DNA from: Eledone cirrhosa
Lineage: Eukaryota
Length of the DNA stretch: 64,000 bases
Direction: 5' to 3'
Assembly: GCA_964016885.1 (NCBI GenBank)
Contig: OZ024742.1
Location: 4,340,001-4,404,000 of the forward strand
The position numbers were made by a program, and so were the translations under genes. Each line of letters begins with the position of its first letter. The stretch's first letter is position 1. The notes under the pieces are model-generated. The model worked only from the letters and a program-made list of their open reading frames with translations. It was not told where the DNA came from and searched no databases. Below are positions 21,201-34,950 of the stretch, piece after piece.

Positions 21201-24200
21201 TAGGATTGGTCCAATGTAAGGCCTTGTCACTGTTGGTCAGAGAGTAGGATTGGTCCAATGTAAGGCCTTGTCACTGTTGGTCAGAGAGTAGGATTGGTCC
21301 AATGTAAGGCCTTGTCACTGTTGGTCAGAGAGTAGGATTGGTCCAATGTAAGGCCTTGTCACTGTTGGTCAGAGAGTAGGATTGGTCCAATGTAAGGCCT
21401 TGTCACTGTTGGTCAGAGAGTAGGATTGGTCCAGTGTAAGGCCTTGTCACTGTTGGTCAGAGAGTAGGATTGGTCCAATGTAAGGCCTTGTCACTGATGG
21501 TCAGAGAGTAGGATTGGTCCAATGTAAGGCCTTGTCACTGTTGGTCAGAGAGTAGGATTGGTCCAATGTAAGGCCTTGTCACTGTTGGTCAGAGAGTAGG
21601 ATTGGTCCAGTGTAAGGCCTTGTCACTGTTGGTCAGAGAGTAGGATTGGTCCAATGTAAGGCCTTGTCACTGTTGGTCAGAGAGTAGGATTGGTCCAATG
21701 TAAGGCCTTGTCACTGTTGGTCAGAGAGTAGGATTGGTCCAGTGTAAGGCCTTGTCACTGTTGGTCAGAGAGTAGGATTGGTCCAATGTAAGGCCTTGTC
21801 ACTGTTGGTCAGAGAGTAGGATTGGTCCAGTGTAAGGCCTTGTAACTGTTGGTCAGAGAGTAGGATTGGTCCAATGTAAGGCCTTGTAACTGTTGGTCAG
21901 TGAGTAGGATTGGTCCAGTGTAAGGCCTTGTCACTGTTGGTCAGAGAGTAGGATTGGTCCAGTGTAAGGCCTTGTCACTGTTGGTCAGTGAGTAGGATTG
22001 GTCCAGTGTAAGGCCTTGTCACTGTTGGTCAGAGAGTAGGATTGGTCCAGTGTAAGGCCTTGTCACTGTTGGTCAGAGAGTAGAATTGGTCCAATGTAAG
22101 GCCTTGTCACTGTTGGTCAGTGAGTAGGATTGGTCTAGTGTAAGGCCTTGTCACTGTTGGTCAGAGATAGGATTGGTCCAGTGTAAGGCCTTGTCACTGT
22201 TGGTCAGTGAGTAGGATTGGTCCAGTGTAAGGCCTTGTCACTGTTGGTCAGAGAGTAGGATTGGTCCAGTGTAAGGCCTTGTCACTGTTGGTCAGAGAGT
22301 AGGATTGGTCCAGTGTAAGGCCTTGTCACTGTTGGTCAGAGAGTAGGATTGGTCCAATGTAAGGCCTTGTCACTGTTGGTCAGAGAGTAGGATTGGTCCA
22401 ATGTAAGGCCTTGTCACTGTTGGTCAGAGAGTAGGATTGGTCCAATGTAAGGCCTTGTCACTGTTGGTCAGAGAGTAGGATTGGTCCAATGTAAGGCCTT
22501 GTCACTGTTGGTCAGAGAGTAGGATTGGTCCAATGTAAGGCCTTGTCACTGTTGGTCAGAGAGTAGGATTTGTCCAATGTAAGGCCTTGTCACTGATGGT
22601 CAGAGAGTAGGATTGGTCCAATGTAAGGCCTTGTCACTGTTGGTCAGAGAGTAGGATTGGTCCAATGTAAGGCCTTGTCACTGTTGGTCAGAGAGTAGGA
22701 TTGGTCCAATGTAAGGCCTTGTCAGTTGGTCAGAGAGTAGGATTGGTCCAATGTAAGGCCTTGTCACTGTTGGTCAGAGAGTAGGATTGGTCCAATGTAA
22801 GGCCTTGTCACTGTTGGTCAAAGAGTAGGATTGGTCCAATGTAAGGCCTTGTCACTGTTGGTCAGAGAGTAGGATTGGTCCAGTGTAAGGGCTTGTAACT
22901 GTTGGTCAGTGAGTAGGATTGGTCCAGTGTAAGGCCTTGTCACTGTTGGTCAGAGAGTAGGATTGGTCCAGTGTAAGGCCTTGTCACTGTTGGTCAGAGA
23001 GTAGGATTGGTCCAATGTAAGGCCTTGTCACTGTTGGTCAGTGAGTAGGATTGGTCCAGTGTAAGGCCTTGTCACTGTTGGTCAGAGATAGGATTGGTCC
23101 AGTGTAAGGACTTGTCGCTGTTGGTCAGTGAGTAGGATTGGTCCAGTGTAAGGCCTTGTCACTGTTGGTCAGAGAGTAGGATTGGTCCAGTGTAAGGCCT
23201 TGTCACTGTTGGTCAGAGAGTAGGATTGGTCCAGTGTAAGGCCTTGTCACTGTTGGTCAGAGAGTAGGATTGGTCCAGTGTAAGGCCTTGTCACTGTTGG
23301 TCAGAGAGTAGGATTGGTCCAGTGTAAGGCCTTGTCACTGTTGGTCAGTGAGTAGGATTGGTCCAGTGTAAGGCCTTGTCACTGTTGGTCAGAGAGTAGG
23401 ATTGGTCCAGTGTAAGGCCTTGTCACTGTTGGTCAGAGAGTAGGATTGGTCCAGTGTAAGGCCTTGTCACTGTTGGTCAGTGAGTAGGATTGGTCCAGTG
23501 TAAGGCCTTGTCACTGTTGGTCAGAGAGTAGGATTGGTCCAGTGTAAGGCCTTGTCACTGTTGGTCAGAGAGTAGGATTGGTCCAATGTAAGGCCTTGTC
23601 ACTGTTGGTCAGTGAGTAGGATTGGTCCAGTGTAAGGCCTTGTCACTGTTGGTCAGAGATAGGATTGGTCCAGTGTAAGGCCTTGTCACTGTTGGTCAGT
23701 GAGTAGGATTGGTCCAGTGTAAGGCCTTGTCACTGTTGGTCAGAGAGTAGGATTGGTCCAGTGTAAGGCCTTGTCACTGTTGGTCAGAGAGTAGGATTGG
23801 TCCAGTGTAAGGCCTTGTCACTGTTGGTCAGAGAGTAGGATTGGTCCAATGTAAGGCCTTGTCACTGTTGGTCAGAGAGTAGGATTGGTCCAATGTAAGG
23901 CCTTGTCACTGTTGGTCAGAGAGTAGGATTGGTCCAATGTAAGGCCTTGTCACTGTTGGTCAGAGAGTAGGATTGGTTCAATGTAAGGTCTTGTCACTGT
24001 TGGTCAGAGAGTAGGATTGGTCCAATGTAAGGCCTTGTCACTGTTGGTCAGACAGTAGGATCGGTCCAATGTAAGGCCTTGTCACTGTTGGTCAGAGAGT
24101 AGGATTGGTCCAATGTAAGGCCTTGTCACTGTTGGTCAGAGAGTAGGATTGGTCCAATGTAAGGCCTTGTCACTGTTGGTCAGAGAGTAGGATTGGTCCA

Positions 24201-27200
24201 ATGTAAGGCCTTGTCACTGTTGGTCAGAGAGTAGGATTGGTCCAATGTAAGGCCTTGTCACTGTTGGTCAGAGAGTAGCATTGGTCCAGTGTAAGGCCTT
24301 GTCACTGTTGGTCAGAGAGTAGGATTGGTCCAGTGTAAGGCCTTGTCACTGTTGGTCAGAGAGTAGGATTGGTCCAATGTAAGGCCTTGTCACTGTTGGT
24401 CAGAGAGTAGGATTGGTCCAATGTAAGGCCTTGTCACTGTTGGTCAGAGAGTAGGATTGGTCCAATGTAAGGCCTTGTCACTGTTGGTCAGAGAGTAGGA
24501 TTGGTCCAATGTAAGGCCTTGTCACTGTTGGTCAGAGAGTAGGATTGGTCCAATGTAAGGCCTTGTCACTGTTGGTCAGAGAGTAGGATTGGTCCAGTGT
24601 AAGGCCTTGTCACTGTTGGTCAGAGAGTAGGATTGGTCCAATGTAAGGCCTTGTCACTGATGGTCAGAGAGTAGGATTGGTCCAATGTAAGGCCTTGTCA
24701 CTGTTGGTCAGAGAGTAGGATTGGTCCAATGTAAGGCCTTGTCACTGTTGGTCAGAGAGTAGGATTGGTCCAATGTAAGGCCTTGTAACTGTTGGTCAGA
24801 GAGTAGGATTGGTCCAGTGTAAGGCCTTGTCACTGTTGGTCAGAGAGTAGGATTGGTCCAGTGTAAGGCCTTGTCACTGTTGGTCAGTGAGTAGGATTGG
24901 TCCAGTGTAAGGCCTTGTCACTGTTGGTCAGAGAGTAGGATTGGTCCAGTGTAAGGCCTTGTCACTGTTGGTCAGAGAGTAGGATTGGTCCAATGTAAGG
25001 CCTTGTCACTGTTGGTCAGAGAGTAGGATTGGTCCAATGTAAGGCCTTGTCACTGTTGGTCAGAGAGTAGGATTGGTCCAATGTAAGGCCTTGTAACTGT
25101 TGGTCAGAGAGTAGGATTGGTCCAGTGTAAGGCCTTGTCACTGTTGGTCAGAGAGTAGGATTGGTCCAGTGTAGGGCCTTGTCACTGTTGGTCAGTGAGT
25201 AGGATTGGTCCAGTGTAAGGCCTTGTCACTGTTGGTCAGAGAGTAGGATTGGTCCAGTGTAAGGCCTTGTCACTGTTGGTCAGAGAGTAGGATTGGTCCA
25301 ATGTAAGGCCTTGTCACTGTTGGTCAGTGAGTAGGATTGGTCCAGTGTAAGGCCTTGTCACTGTTGGTCAGAGATAGGATTGGTCCAGTGTAAGGCCTTG
25401 TCACTGTTGGTCAGTGAGTAGGATTGGTCCAGTGTAAGGCCTTGTCACTGTTGGTCAGAGAGTAGGATTGGTCCAGTGTAAGGCCTTGTCACTGTTGGTC
25501 AGAGAGTAGGATTGGTCCAATGTAAGGCCTTGTCACTGTTGGTCAGAGAGTAGGATTGGTCCAATGTAAGGCCTTGTCACTGTTGGGCAGAGAGTAGGAT
25601 TGGTCCAATGTAAGGCCTTGTCACTGTTGGTCAGAGAGTAGGATTGGTTCAATGTAAGGCCTGGTCACTGTTGGTCAGAGAGTAGGATTGGTCCAATGTA
25701 AGGCCTTGTCACTGTTGGTCAGAGAGTAGGATTGGTCCAATGTAAGGCCTTGTCACTGATGGTCAGAGAGTAGGATTGGTCCAATGTAAGGCCTTGTCAC
25801 TGTTGTCAGAGAGTAGGATTGGTCCAATGTAAGGCCTTGTCACTGTTGGTCAGAGAGTAGGATTGGTCCAATGTAAGGCCTTGTCACTGTTGGTCAGAGA
25901 GTAGGATTGGTCCAGTGTAAGGCCTTGTCACTGTTGGTCAGAGAGTAGGATTGGTCCAATGTAAGGCCTTGTCACTGTTGGTCAGAGAGTAGGATTGGTC
26001 CAATGTAAGGCATTGTCACTGTTGGTCAGAGAGTAGGATTGGTCCAATGTAAGGCCTTGTCACTGTTGGTCAGAGAGTAGGATTGGTCCAGTGTAAGGCC
26101 TTGTCACTGTTGGTCAGAGAGTAGGATTGGTCCAGTGTAAGGCCTTGTCACTGTTGGTCAGAGAGTAGGATTGGTCCAATGTAAGGCCTTGTCACTGTTG
26201 GTCAGAGAGTAGGATTGGTCCAATGTAAGGCCTTGTCACTGTTGGTCAGAGAGTAGGATTGGTCCAATGTAAGGCCTTGTCACTGTTGGTCAGAGAGTAG
26301 GATTGGTCCAATGTAAGGCCTTGTCACTGTTGGTCAGAGAGTAGGATTGGTCCAATGTAAGGCCTTGTCACTGTTGGTCAGAGAGTAGGATTGGTCCAGT
26401 GTAAGGCCTTGTCACTGTTGGTCAGAGAGTAGGATTGGTCCAATGTAAGGCCTTGTCACTGATGGTCAGAGAGTAGGATTGGTCCAATGTAAGGCCTTGT
26501 CACTGTTGGTCAGAGAGTAGGATTGGTCCAATATAAGGCCTTGTCACTGTTGGTCAGAGAGTAGGATTGGTCCAGTGTAAGGCCTTGTCACTGTTGGTCA
26601 GAGAGTAGGATTGGTCCAATGTAAGGCCTTGTCACTGTTGGTCAGAGAGTAGGATTGGTCCAATGTAAGGCCTTGTCACTGTTGGTCAGAGAGTAGGATT
26701 GGTCCAGTGTAAGGCCTTGTCACTGTTGGTCAGAGAGTAGGATTGGTCCAATGTAAGGCCTTGTCACTGTTGGTCAGAGAGTAGGATTGGTCCAGTGTAA
26801 GGCCTTGTAACTGTTGGTCAGAGAGTAGGATTGGTCCAATGTAAGGCCTTGTAACTGTTGGTCAGTGAGTAGGATTGGTCCAGTGTAAGGCCTTGTCACT
26901 GTTGGTCAGAGAGTGGGATTGGTCCAGTGTAAGGCCTTGTCACTGTTGGTCAGTGAGTAGGATTGGTCCAGTGTAAGGCCTTGTCACTGTTGGTCAGAGA
27001 GTAGGATTGGTCCAATGTAAGGCCTTGTCACTGTTGGTCAGAGAGTAGGATTGGTCCAGTGTAAGGCCTTGTCACTGTTGGTCAGAGAGTAGGATTGGTC
27101 CAATGTAAGGCCTTGTCACTGTTGGTCAGTGAGTAGGATTGGTCTAGTGTAAGGCCTTGTCACTGTTGGTCAGAGATAGGATTGGTCCAGTGTAAGGCCT

Positions 27201-30200
27201 TGTCACTGTTGGTCAGAGAGTAGGATTGGTCCAATGTAAGGCCTTGTCACTGTTGGTCAGTGAGTAGGATTGGTCCAATGTAAGGCCTTGTAACTGTTGG
27301 TCAGAGAGTAGGATTGGTCCAGTGTAAGGCCTTGTCACTGTTGGTCAGAGAGTAGGATTGGTCCAGTGTAGGGCCTTGTCACTGTTGGTCAGTGAGTAGG
27401 ATTGGTCCAGTGTAAGGCCTTGTCACTGTTGGTCAGAGAGTAGGATTGGTCCAGTGTAAGGCCTTGTCACTGTTGGTCAGAGAGTAGGATTGGTCCAATG
27501 TAAGGCCTTGTCACTGTTGGTCAGTGAGTAGGATTGGTCCAGTGTAAGGCCTTGTCACTGTTGGTCAGAGATAGGATTGGTCCAGTGTAAGGCCTTGTCA
27601 CTGTTGGTCAGTGAGTAGGATTGGTCCAGTGTAAGGCCTTGTCACTGTTGGTCAGAGAGTAGGATTGGTCCAGTGTAAGGCCTTGTCACTGTTGGTCAGA
27701 GAGTAGGATTGGTCCAATGTAAGGCCTTGTCACTGTTGGTCAGAGAGTAGGATTGGTCCAATGTAAGGCCTTGTCACTGTTGGGCAGAGAGTAGGATTGG
27801 TCCAATGTAAGGCCTTGTCACTGTTGGTCAGAGAGTAGGATTGGTTCAATGTAAGGCCTGGTCACTGTTGGTCAGAGAGTAGGATTGGTCCAATGTAAGG
27901 CCTTGTCACTGTTGGTCAGAGAGTAGGATTGGTCCAATGTAAGGCCTTGTCACTGATGGTCAGAGAGTAGGATTGGTCCAATGTAAGGCCTTGTCACTGT
28001 TGTCAGAGAGTAGGATTGGTCCAATGTAAGGCCTTGTCACTGTTGGTCAGAGAGTAGGATTGGTCCAATGTAAGGCCTTGTCACTGTTGGTCAGAGAGTA
28101 GGATTGGTCCAGTGTAAGGCCTTGTCACTGTTGGTCAGAGAGTAGGATTGGTCCAATGTAAGGCCTTGTCACTGTTGGTCAGAGAGTAGGATTGGTCCAA
28201 TGTAAGGCATTGTCACTGTTGGTCAGAGAGTAGGATTGGTCCAATGTAAGGCCTTGTCACTGTTGGTCAGAGAGTAGGATTGGTCCAGTGTAAGGCCTTG
28301 TCACTGTTGGTCAGAGAGTAGGATTGGTCCAGTGTAAGGCCTTGTCACTGTTGGTCAGAGAGTAGGATTGGTCCAATGTAAGGCCTTGTCACTGTTGGTC
28401 AGAGAGTAGGATTGGTCCAATGTAAGGCCTTGTCACTGTTGGTCAGAGAGTAGGATTGGTCCAATGTAAGGCCTTGTCACTGTTGGTCAGAGAGTAGGAT
28501 TGGTCCAATGTAAGGCCTTGTCACTGTTGGTCAGAGAGTAGGATTGGTCCAATGTAAGGCCTTGTCACTGTTGGTCAGAGAGTAGGATTGGTCCAGTGTA
28601 AGGCCTTGTCACTGTTGGTCAGAGAGTAGGATTGGTCCAATGTAAGGCCTTGTCACTGATGGTCAGAGAGTAGGATTGGTCCAATGTAAGGCCTTGTCAC
28701 TGTTGGTCAGAGAGTAGGATTGGTCCAATATAAGGCCTTGTCACTGTTGGTCAGAGAGTAGGATTGGTCCAGTGTAAGGCCTTGTCACTGTTGGTCAGAG
28801 AGTAGGATTGGTCCAATGTAAGGCCTTGTCACTGTTGGTCAGAGAGTAGGATTGGTCCAATGTAAGGCCTTGTCACTGTTGGTCAGAGAGTAGGATTGGT
28901 CCAGTGTAAGGCCTTGTCACTGTTGGTCAGAGAGTAGGATTGGTCCAATGTAAGGCCTTGTCACTGTTGGTCAGAGAGTAGGATTGGTCCAGTGTAAGGC
29001 CTTGTAACTGTTGGTCAGAGAGTAGGATTGGTCCAATGTAAGGCCTTGTAACTGTTGGTCAGTGAGTAGGATTGGTCCAGTGTAAGGCCTTGTCACTGTT
29101 GGTCAGAGAGTGGGATTGGTCCAGTGTAAGGCCTTGTCACTGTTGGTCAGTGAGTAGGATTGGTCCAGTGTAAGGCCTTGTCACTGTTGGTCAGAGAGTA
29201 GGATTGGTCCAATGTAAGGCCTTGTCACTGTTGGTCAGAGAGTAGGATTGGTCCAGTGTAAGGCCTTGTCACTGTTGGTCAGAGAGTAGGATTGGTCCAA
29301 TGTAAGGCCTTGTCACTGTTGGTCAGTGAGTAGGATTGGTCTAGTGTAAGGCCTTGTCACTGTTGGTCAGAGATAGGATTGGTCCAGTGTAAGGCCTTGT
29401 CACTGTTGGTCAGAGAGTAGGATTGGTCCAATGTAAGGCCTTGTCACTGTTGGTCAGTGAGTAGGATTGGTCCAGTGTAAGGCCTTGTCACTGTTGGTCA
29501 GAGATAGGATTGGTCCAGTGTAAGGACTTGTCGCTGTTGGTCAGTGAGTAGGATTGGTCCAGTGTAAGACCTTGTCACTGTTGGTCAGAGAGTAGGATTG
29601 GTCCAGTGTAAGGCCTTGTCACTGTTGGTCAGAGAGTAGGATTGGTCCAGTGTAAGGCCTGGTCACTGTTGTTCAGAGAGTAGGATTGGTCCAATGTAAG
29701 GCCTTGTCACTGTTGGTCAGAGAGTAGGATTGGTCCAATGTAAGGCCTTGTCACTGTTGGTCAGAGAGTAGGATTGGTCCAGTGTAAGGCCTTGTCACTG
29801 TTGGTCAGAGAGTAGGATTGGTCCAATGTAAGGCCTTGTCACTGTTGGTCAGAGAGTAGGATTGGTCCAGTGTAAGGCCTTGTAACTGTTGGTCAGAGAG
29901 TAGGATTGGTCCAGTGTAAGTCCTTGTAACTGTTGGTCAGTGAGTAGGATTGGTCCAGTGTAAGGCCTTGTCACTGTTGGTCAGAGAGTAGGATTGGTCC
30001 AGTGTAAGGCCTTGTAACTGTTGGTCAGAGAGTAGGATTGGTCCAGTGTAAGGCCTTGTCACTGTTGGTCAGAGAGTAGGATTGGTCCAGTGTAAGGCCT
30101 TGTCACTGTTGGTCAGTGAGTAGGATTGGTCCAGTGTAAGGCCTTGTCACTGTTGGTCAGAGAGTAGGATTGGTCCAGTGTAAGGCCTTGTCACTGTTGG

Positions 30201-32580
30201 TCAGAGAGTAGGATTGGTCCAATGTAAGGCCTTGTCACTGTTGGTCAGTGAGTAGGATTGGTCCAGTGTAAGGCCTTGTCACTGTTGGTCAGAGATAGGA
30301 TTGGTCCAGTGTAAGGCCTTGTCACTGTTGGTCAGTGAGTAGGATTGGTCCAGTGTAAGGCCTTGTCACTGTTGGTCAGAGAGTAGGATTGGTCCAGTGT
30401 AAGGTCTTGTCACTGTTGGTCAGAGAGTAGGATTGGTCCAGTGTAAGGCCTTGTCACTGTTGGTCTGAGAGTAGGATTGGTCCAATGTAAGGCCTTGTCA
30501 CTGTTGGTCAGAGAGTAGGATTGGTCCAATGTAAGGCCTTGTCACTGTTGGTCAGAGAGTAGGATTGGTCCAATGTAAGACCTTGTCACTGTTGGTCACA
30601 GAGTAGGATTGGTTCAATGTAAGGCCTTGTCACTGTTGGTCAGAGAGTAGGATTGGTCCAATGTAAGGCCTTGTCACTGTTGGTCAGAGAGTAGGATTGG
30701 TCCAATGTAAGGCCTTGTCACTGTTGGTCAGAGAGTAGGATTGGTCCAGTGTAAGGCCTTGTCACTGTTGGTCAGAGAGTAGGATTGGTCCAATGTAAGG
30801 CCTTGTAACTGTTGGTCAGAGAGTAGGATTGGTCCAATGTAAGGCCTTGTAACTGTTGGTCAGTGAGTAGGATTGGTCCAGTGTAAGGCCTTGTCACTGT
30901 AGGTCAGAGAGTAGGATTGGTCCAGTGTAAGGCCTTGTAACTGTTGGTCAGAGAGTAGGATTGGTCCAGTATAAGGCCTTGTCACTGTTGGTCAGAGAGT
31001 AGGATTGGGCCAGTGTAAGGCCTTGTCACTGTTGGTCAGTGAGTAGGATTGGTCCAGTGTAAGGCCTTGTCACTGTTGGTCAGAGAGTAGGATTGGTCCA
31101 GTGTAAGGCCTTGTCACTGTTGGTCAGAGATAGGATTGGTCCAGTGTAAGGCCTTGTCGCTGTTGGTCAGTGAGTAGGATTGGTCCAGTGTAAGGCCTTG
31201 TCACTGTTGGTCAGAGATAGGATTGGTCCAGTGTAAGGCCTTGTCACTGTTGGTCAGTGAGTAGGATTGGTCCAGTGTAAGGCCTTGTCACTGTTGGTCA
31301 GAGAGTAGGATTGGTCCAGTGTAAGGCCTTGTCACTGTTGGTCAGAGAGTAGGATTGGTCCAGTGTAAGGCCTTGTCACTGTTGGTCAGAGAGTAGGATT
31401 GGTCCAGTGTAAGGCCTTGTCACTGTTGGTCAGAGAGTAGGATTGGTCCAGTGTAAGGCCTTGTCACTGTTGGTCAGAGAGTAGGATTGGTCCAGTGTAA
31501 GGCCTTGTCACTGTTGGTCAGAGAGTAGGATTGGTCCAATGTAAGGCCTTGTCACTGTTGGTCAGAGAGTAGGATTGGTCCAATGTAAGGCCTTGTCACT
31601 GTTGGTCAGAGAGTAGGATTGGTCCAATGTAAGGCCTTGTCACTGTTGGTCAGAGAGTAGGATTGGTCCAGTGTAAGGCCTTGTCACTGTTGGTCAGAGA
31701 GTAGGATTGGTCCAATGTAAGGCCTTGTCACTTTTGGTCAGAGAGTAGGATTGGTCCAATGTAAGGCCTTGTCACTGTTGGTCAGAGAGTAGGATTGGTC
31801 CAATGTAAGGCCTTGTCACTGTTGGTCAGAGAGTAGGATTTGTCCAATGTAAGGCCTTGTCACTGATGGTCAGAGAGTAGGATTGGTCCAATGTAAGGCC
31901 TTGTCACTGTTGGTCAGAGAGTAGGATTGGTCCAATGTAAGGCCTTGTCACTGTTGGTCAGAGAGTAGGATTGGTCCAATGTAAGGCCTTGTCACTGTTG
32001 GTCAGAGAGTAGGATTGGTCCAGTGTAAGGGCTTGTAACTGTTGGTCAGTGAGTAGGATTGGTCCAGTGTAAGGCCTTGTCACTGTTGGTCAGAGAGTAG
32101 GATTGGTCCAGTGTAAGGCCTTGTCACTGTTGGTCAGAGAGTAGGATTGGTCCAATGTAAGGCCTTGTCACTGTTGGTCAGTGAGTAGGATTGGTCCAGT
32201 GTAAGGCCTTGTCACTGTTGGTCAGAGATAGGATTGGTCCAGTGTAAGGCCTTGTCGCTGTTGGTCAGTGAGTAGGATTGGTCCAGTGTAAGGCCTTGTC
32301 ACTGTTGGTCAGAGAGTAGGATTGGTCCAGTGTAAGGCCTTGTCACTGTTGGTCAGAGAGTAGGATTGGTCCAGTGTAAGGCCTTGTCACTGTTGGTCAG
32401 AGATAGGATTGGTCCAGTGTAAGGCCTTGTCACTGTTGGTCAGAGAGTAGAATTGGTCCAGTGTAAGGCGATGTCACTGTTGGTCAGAGAGTAGGATTGG
32501 TCCAGTGTAAGGCCTTGCCACTGTTGGTCAAAGAGTAGGATTGGTCCAGTGTTAAGGCCTTATCACTGTTGGTCAGAGAG
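18190..32580. repeat. Satellite, homogeneous 44-bp layer (about 325 monomers): GTCACTGTTGGTCAGAGAGTAGGATTGGTCCA(A/G)TGTAAGGCCTT
   Basis: Head-to-tail 44-mers with a few recurrent variant positions; count estimated from length. Confidence 0.98.
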
Positions 32581-34950
32581 TGGGATTGGTACAGTGTAAG
32601 GCCTTTCTTGTCACTGTTGGTCAGAGAGTGGTGTTTGTCCAGTGTAAGGCCTTTCTTGTCACTGTTGGTCAGAGAGTGGAATTGGTCCAGTGTAAGGCCT
32701 TGTCACTGTTGGTCACAGAGTGGGGTTTGTCCAGTTTAAGGCCTTATTTGTCACTGTTGTTCAGAGAATGGGATTGGTCCAGTGTAAGGCCTTGTTCATG
32801 TTGGTGACAGATTCGAATTGGTCCAGTGTAAGGCCTTTCTTGTCAATGTTGGTCAGAGAGTGGGATTTGTCCAGTGTAAGGCCTTGTTCATGTTGGTCCC
32901 AGATTGGGATTGGTCCAGTGTAAGGCCTTTCTTGTCACTGTTGGTCACAGAGTGGGGTTTGTGCAGTGTAAGGCCTTTCTTGTCACTGTTGGTCAGAGAG
33001 TGGGATTTGTCCAGTGTAAGGCCTTGTTCATGTTGGTCCCAGATTGGGATTGGTCCAGTGTAAGGCCTTTCTTGTCACTGTTGGTCACAGAGTGGGGTTT
33101 GTCCGGTGTAAGGCCTTTCTTGTCAATGTTGGTCAGAGAGTGGGATTGGTCCAGGGTAAGGCCTTGTCACTGTTGGTCACAGATTGGGATTGGTCGAGTG
33201 TAAGGCCTTTCTTGTCACTGTTGGTCAGAGCATGGGAATGGTCTAGTGTAAGGCATTTTCACTGTTGGTCAGAGAGTGGGATTGGTCCAGTGTAAGGCCT
33301 TTCTTTTCACTGTTGGTCATAGAAGGGATTGGTGCAGTGTAAGGCTTTTCTTCTCATGTTGGTCAGAGAATTGGTCCAGTGTAAGGTATTGTCACTATTG
33401 TTCAGGGTGGGATTGGTCCAGTTTAAAGCCTTATCACTGTTGGTCAGAGAGTGGAATTGGTCCAGTGTAAGGCCTTGTCACTGTTGGTCACAGAGTGGGG
33501 TTTGTCCAGTTTAAGGCCCTATTTGTCACTGTTGTTCAGAGAGTGGGATTGGTCAAGTGTAAGGCCTTGTTCATGTTGGTGACAGATTCGAATTGGTCCA
33601 GTGTAAGGCCTTTCTTGTCAATGTTGGTCAGAGAGTGGGATAGGTCCAATGTAAGGCCTTGTCACTGTTGGTCAGAGAGTTTCATTGGTCCAATGTAAGG
33701 CCTTGTCACTGTTGGTCAGAGAGTGTGATTGGTCCAATGTAAGGCCTTTCTTGTCACTGTTGGTCAGATAATGGGATTGGTCCACTATAAGGCCTTTCTT
33801 GTCATTGTTGGTCAGAGAGTGGGAGTGGTCCAGTGTATGGCCTTTCTTGCTACTGTTCGTCAGAGAATGGGAATGGTCCAGTGTAAGGCATTGTCACAGT
33901 TGGTCAGAGAGTGGGATTGGTCCAGTGTAAGTACTTTCGTGTCTCTGTTGGTCAGAGAGTGGGATTGGTACAGTGTAAGTACTTTCGTGTCTCTGTTTGT
34001 CAGAGAGTGGAATTGGTCCAGTGTAAGGCCTTTCTTGTCACTGTTTGTCAGAGAGTGGGATTGGTCCTGTGTAAGGCCTTGTCACTGTTGGTCAGAGAGT
34101 GGGATTGGTCCAGTGTAAGGCCTTGTCACTGTTGGTCAGAGAGTTTCATTGGTCCAATGTAAGGCCTTGTCACTGTTGGTCAGAGAGTGTGATTTGTCCA
34201 ATGTAAGGCCTTGTCACTGTTGGTCAGAGTGTGATTGGACCAGTGTAAGGCCTTGTCAATGTTGGTCACAGAGTGGGATTGGTCCAGTGTAAGGCCTTTC
34301 TTGTCACTGTTGATCAGAGAATGGGATTGGTTCAGTGTTAAGGCCTTTCTTGTCACTGTTGGTCAGAGAAAGGGATTGGTCCAGTGTAAGGCATTTCTTG
34401 TCACTGTTGGTCAGAGAATGGGATTGGTCCAGTGTAAGGCCTTTCTTGTCACTGTTGGTCAGAGAATGGGATTGGTCCAGTGTAAGGCCTTGTCACTGTT
34501 GGTCAGAGTGGTATTGGTCCAGTGTAATGACTTTCTTGTCACTGTTGGTCAGAGAATGGGATTGGTCCAGTGTAAGGCCTTGTCACTGTTGATCAGAGTG
34601 GGATTGGTCCAGTGTAAGACCTTTCTTGTCACTGTTGGTCAGAGAATGGGATTGGTCCAGTGTAAGGCCTTGTCACTGTTGGTCAGAGAGTGGCATTGGT
34701 CCAGTGTGAGACCTTTCTTGTCACTGTTGGTCAGAGTGGGATTGGTCCAGTGTAAGGTCTTTCTTGATACTGTTGGTCAGAGAATGGGATTGGTCCAGTG
34801 TAAGGCCTTGTCACTGTTGGTCACAGATTGGGATTGGTCCAGTGTAAGGCCTTTCTTGTCACTGTTGGTCACAGAGTGGGGTTTGTCCAGTGTAAGGCCT
34901 TTCTTGTCACTGTTGGTCAGATATTGGGATTGGTCCAGTGTAAAGCCTTG
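32581..34950. repeat. Satellite, diverged 44/48-bp block (duplicate of 40066-42435)
   Basis: Monomers with GCCTTTCTT (48 bp) and GTGGGATT; a matching ORF series recurs 7485 bp downstream. Confidence 0.95.
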
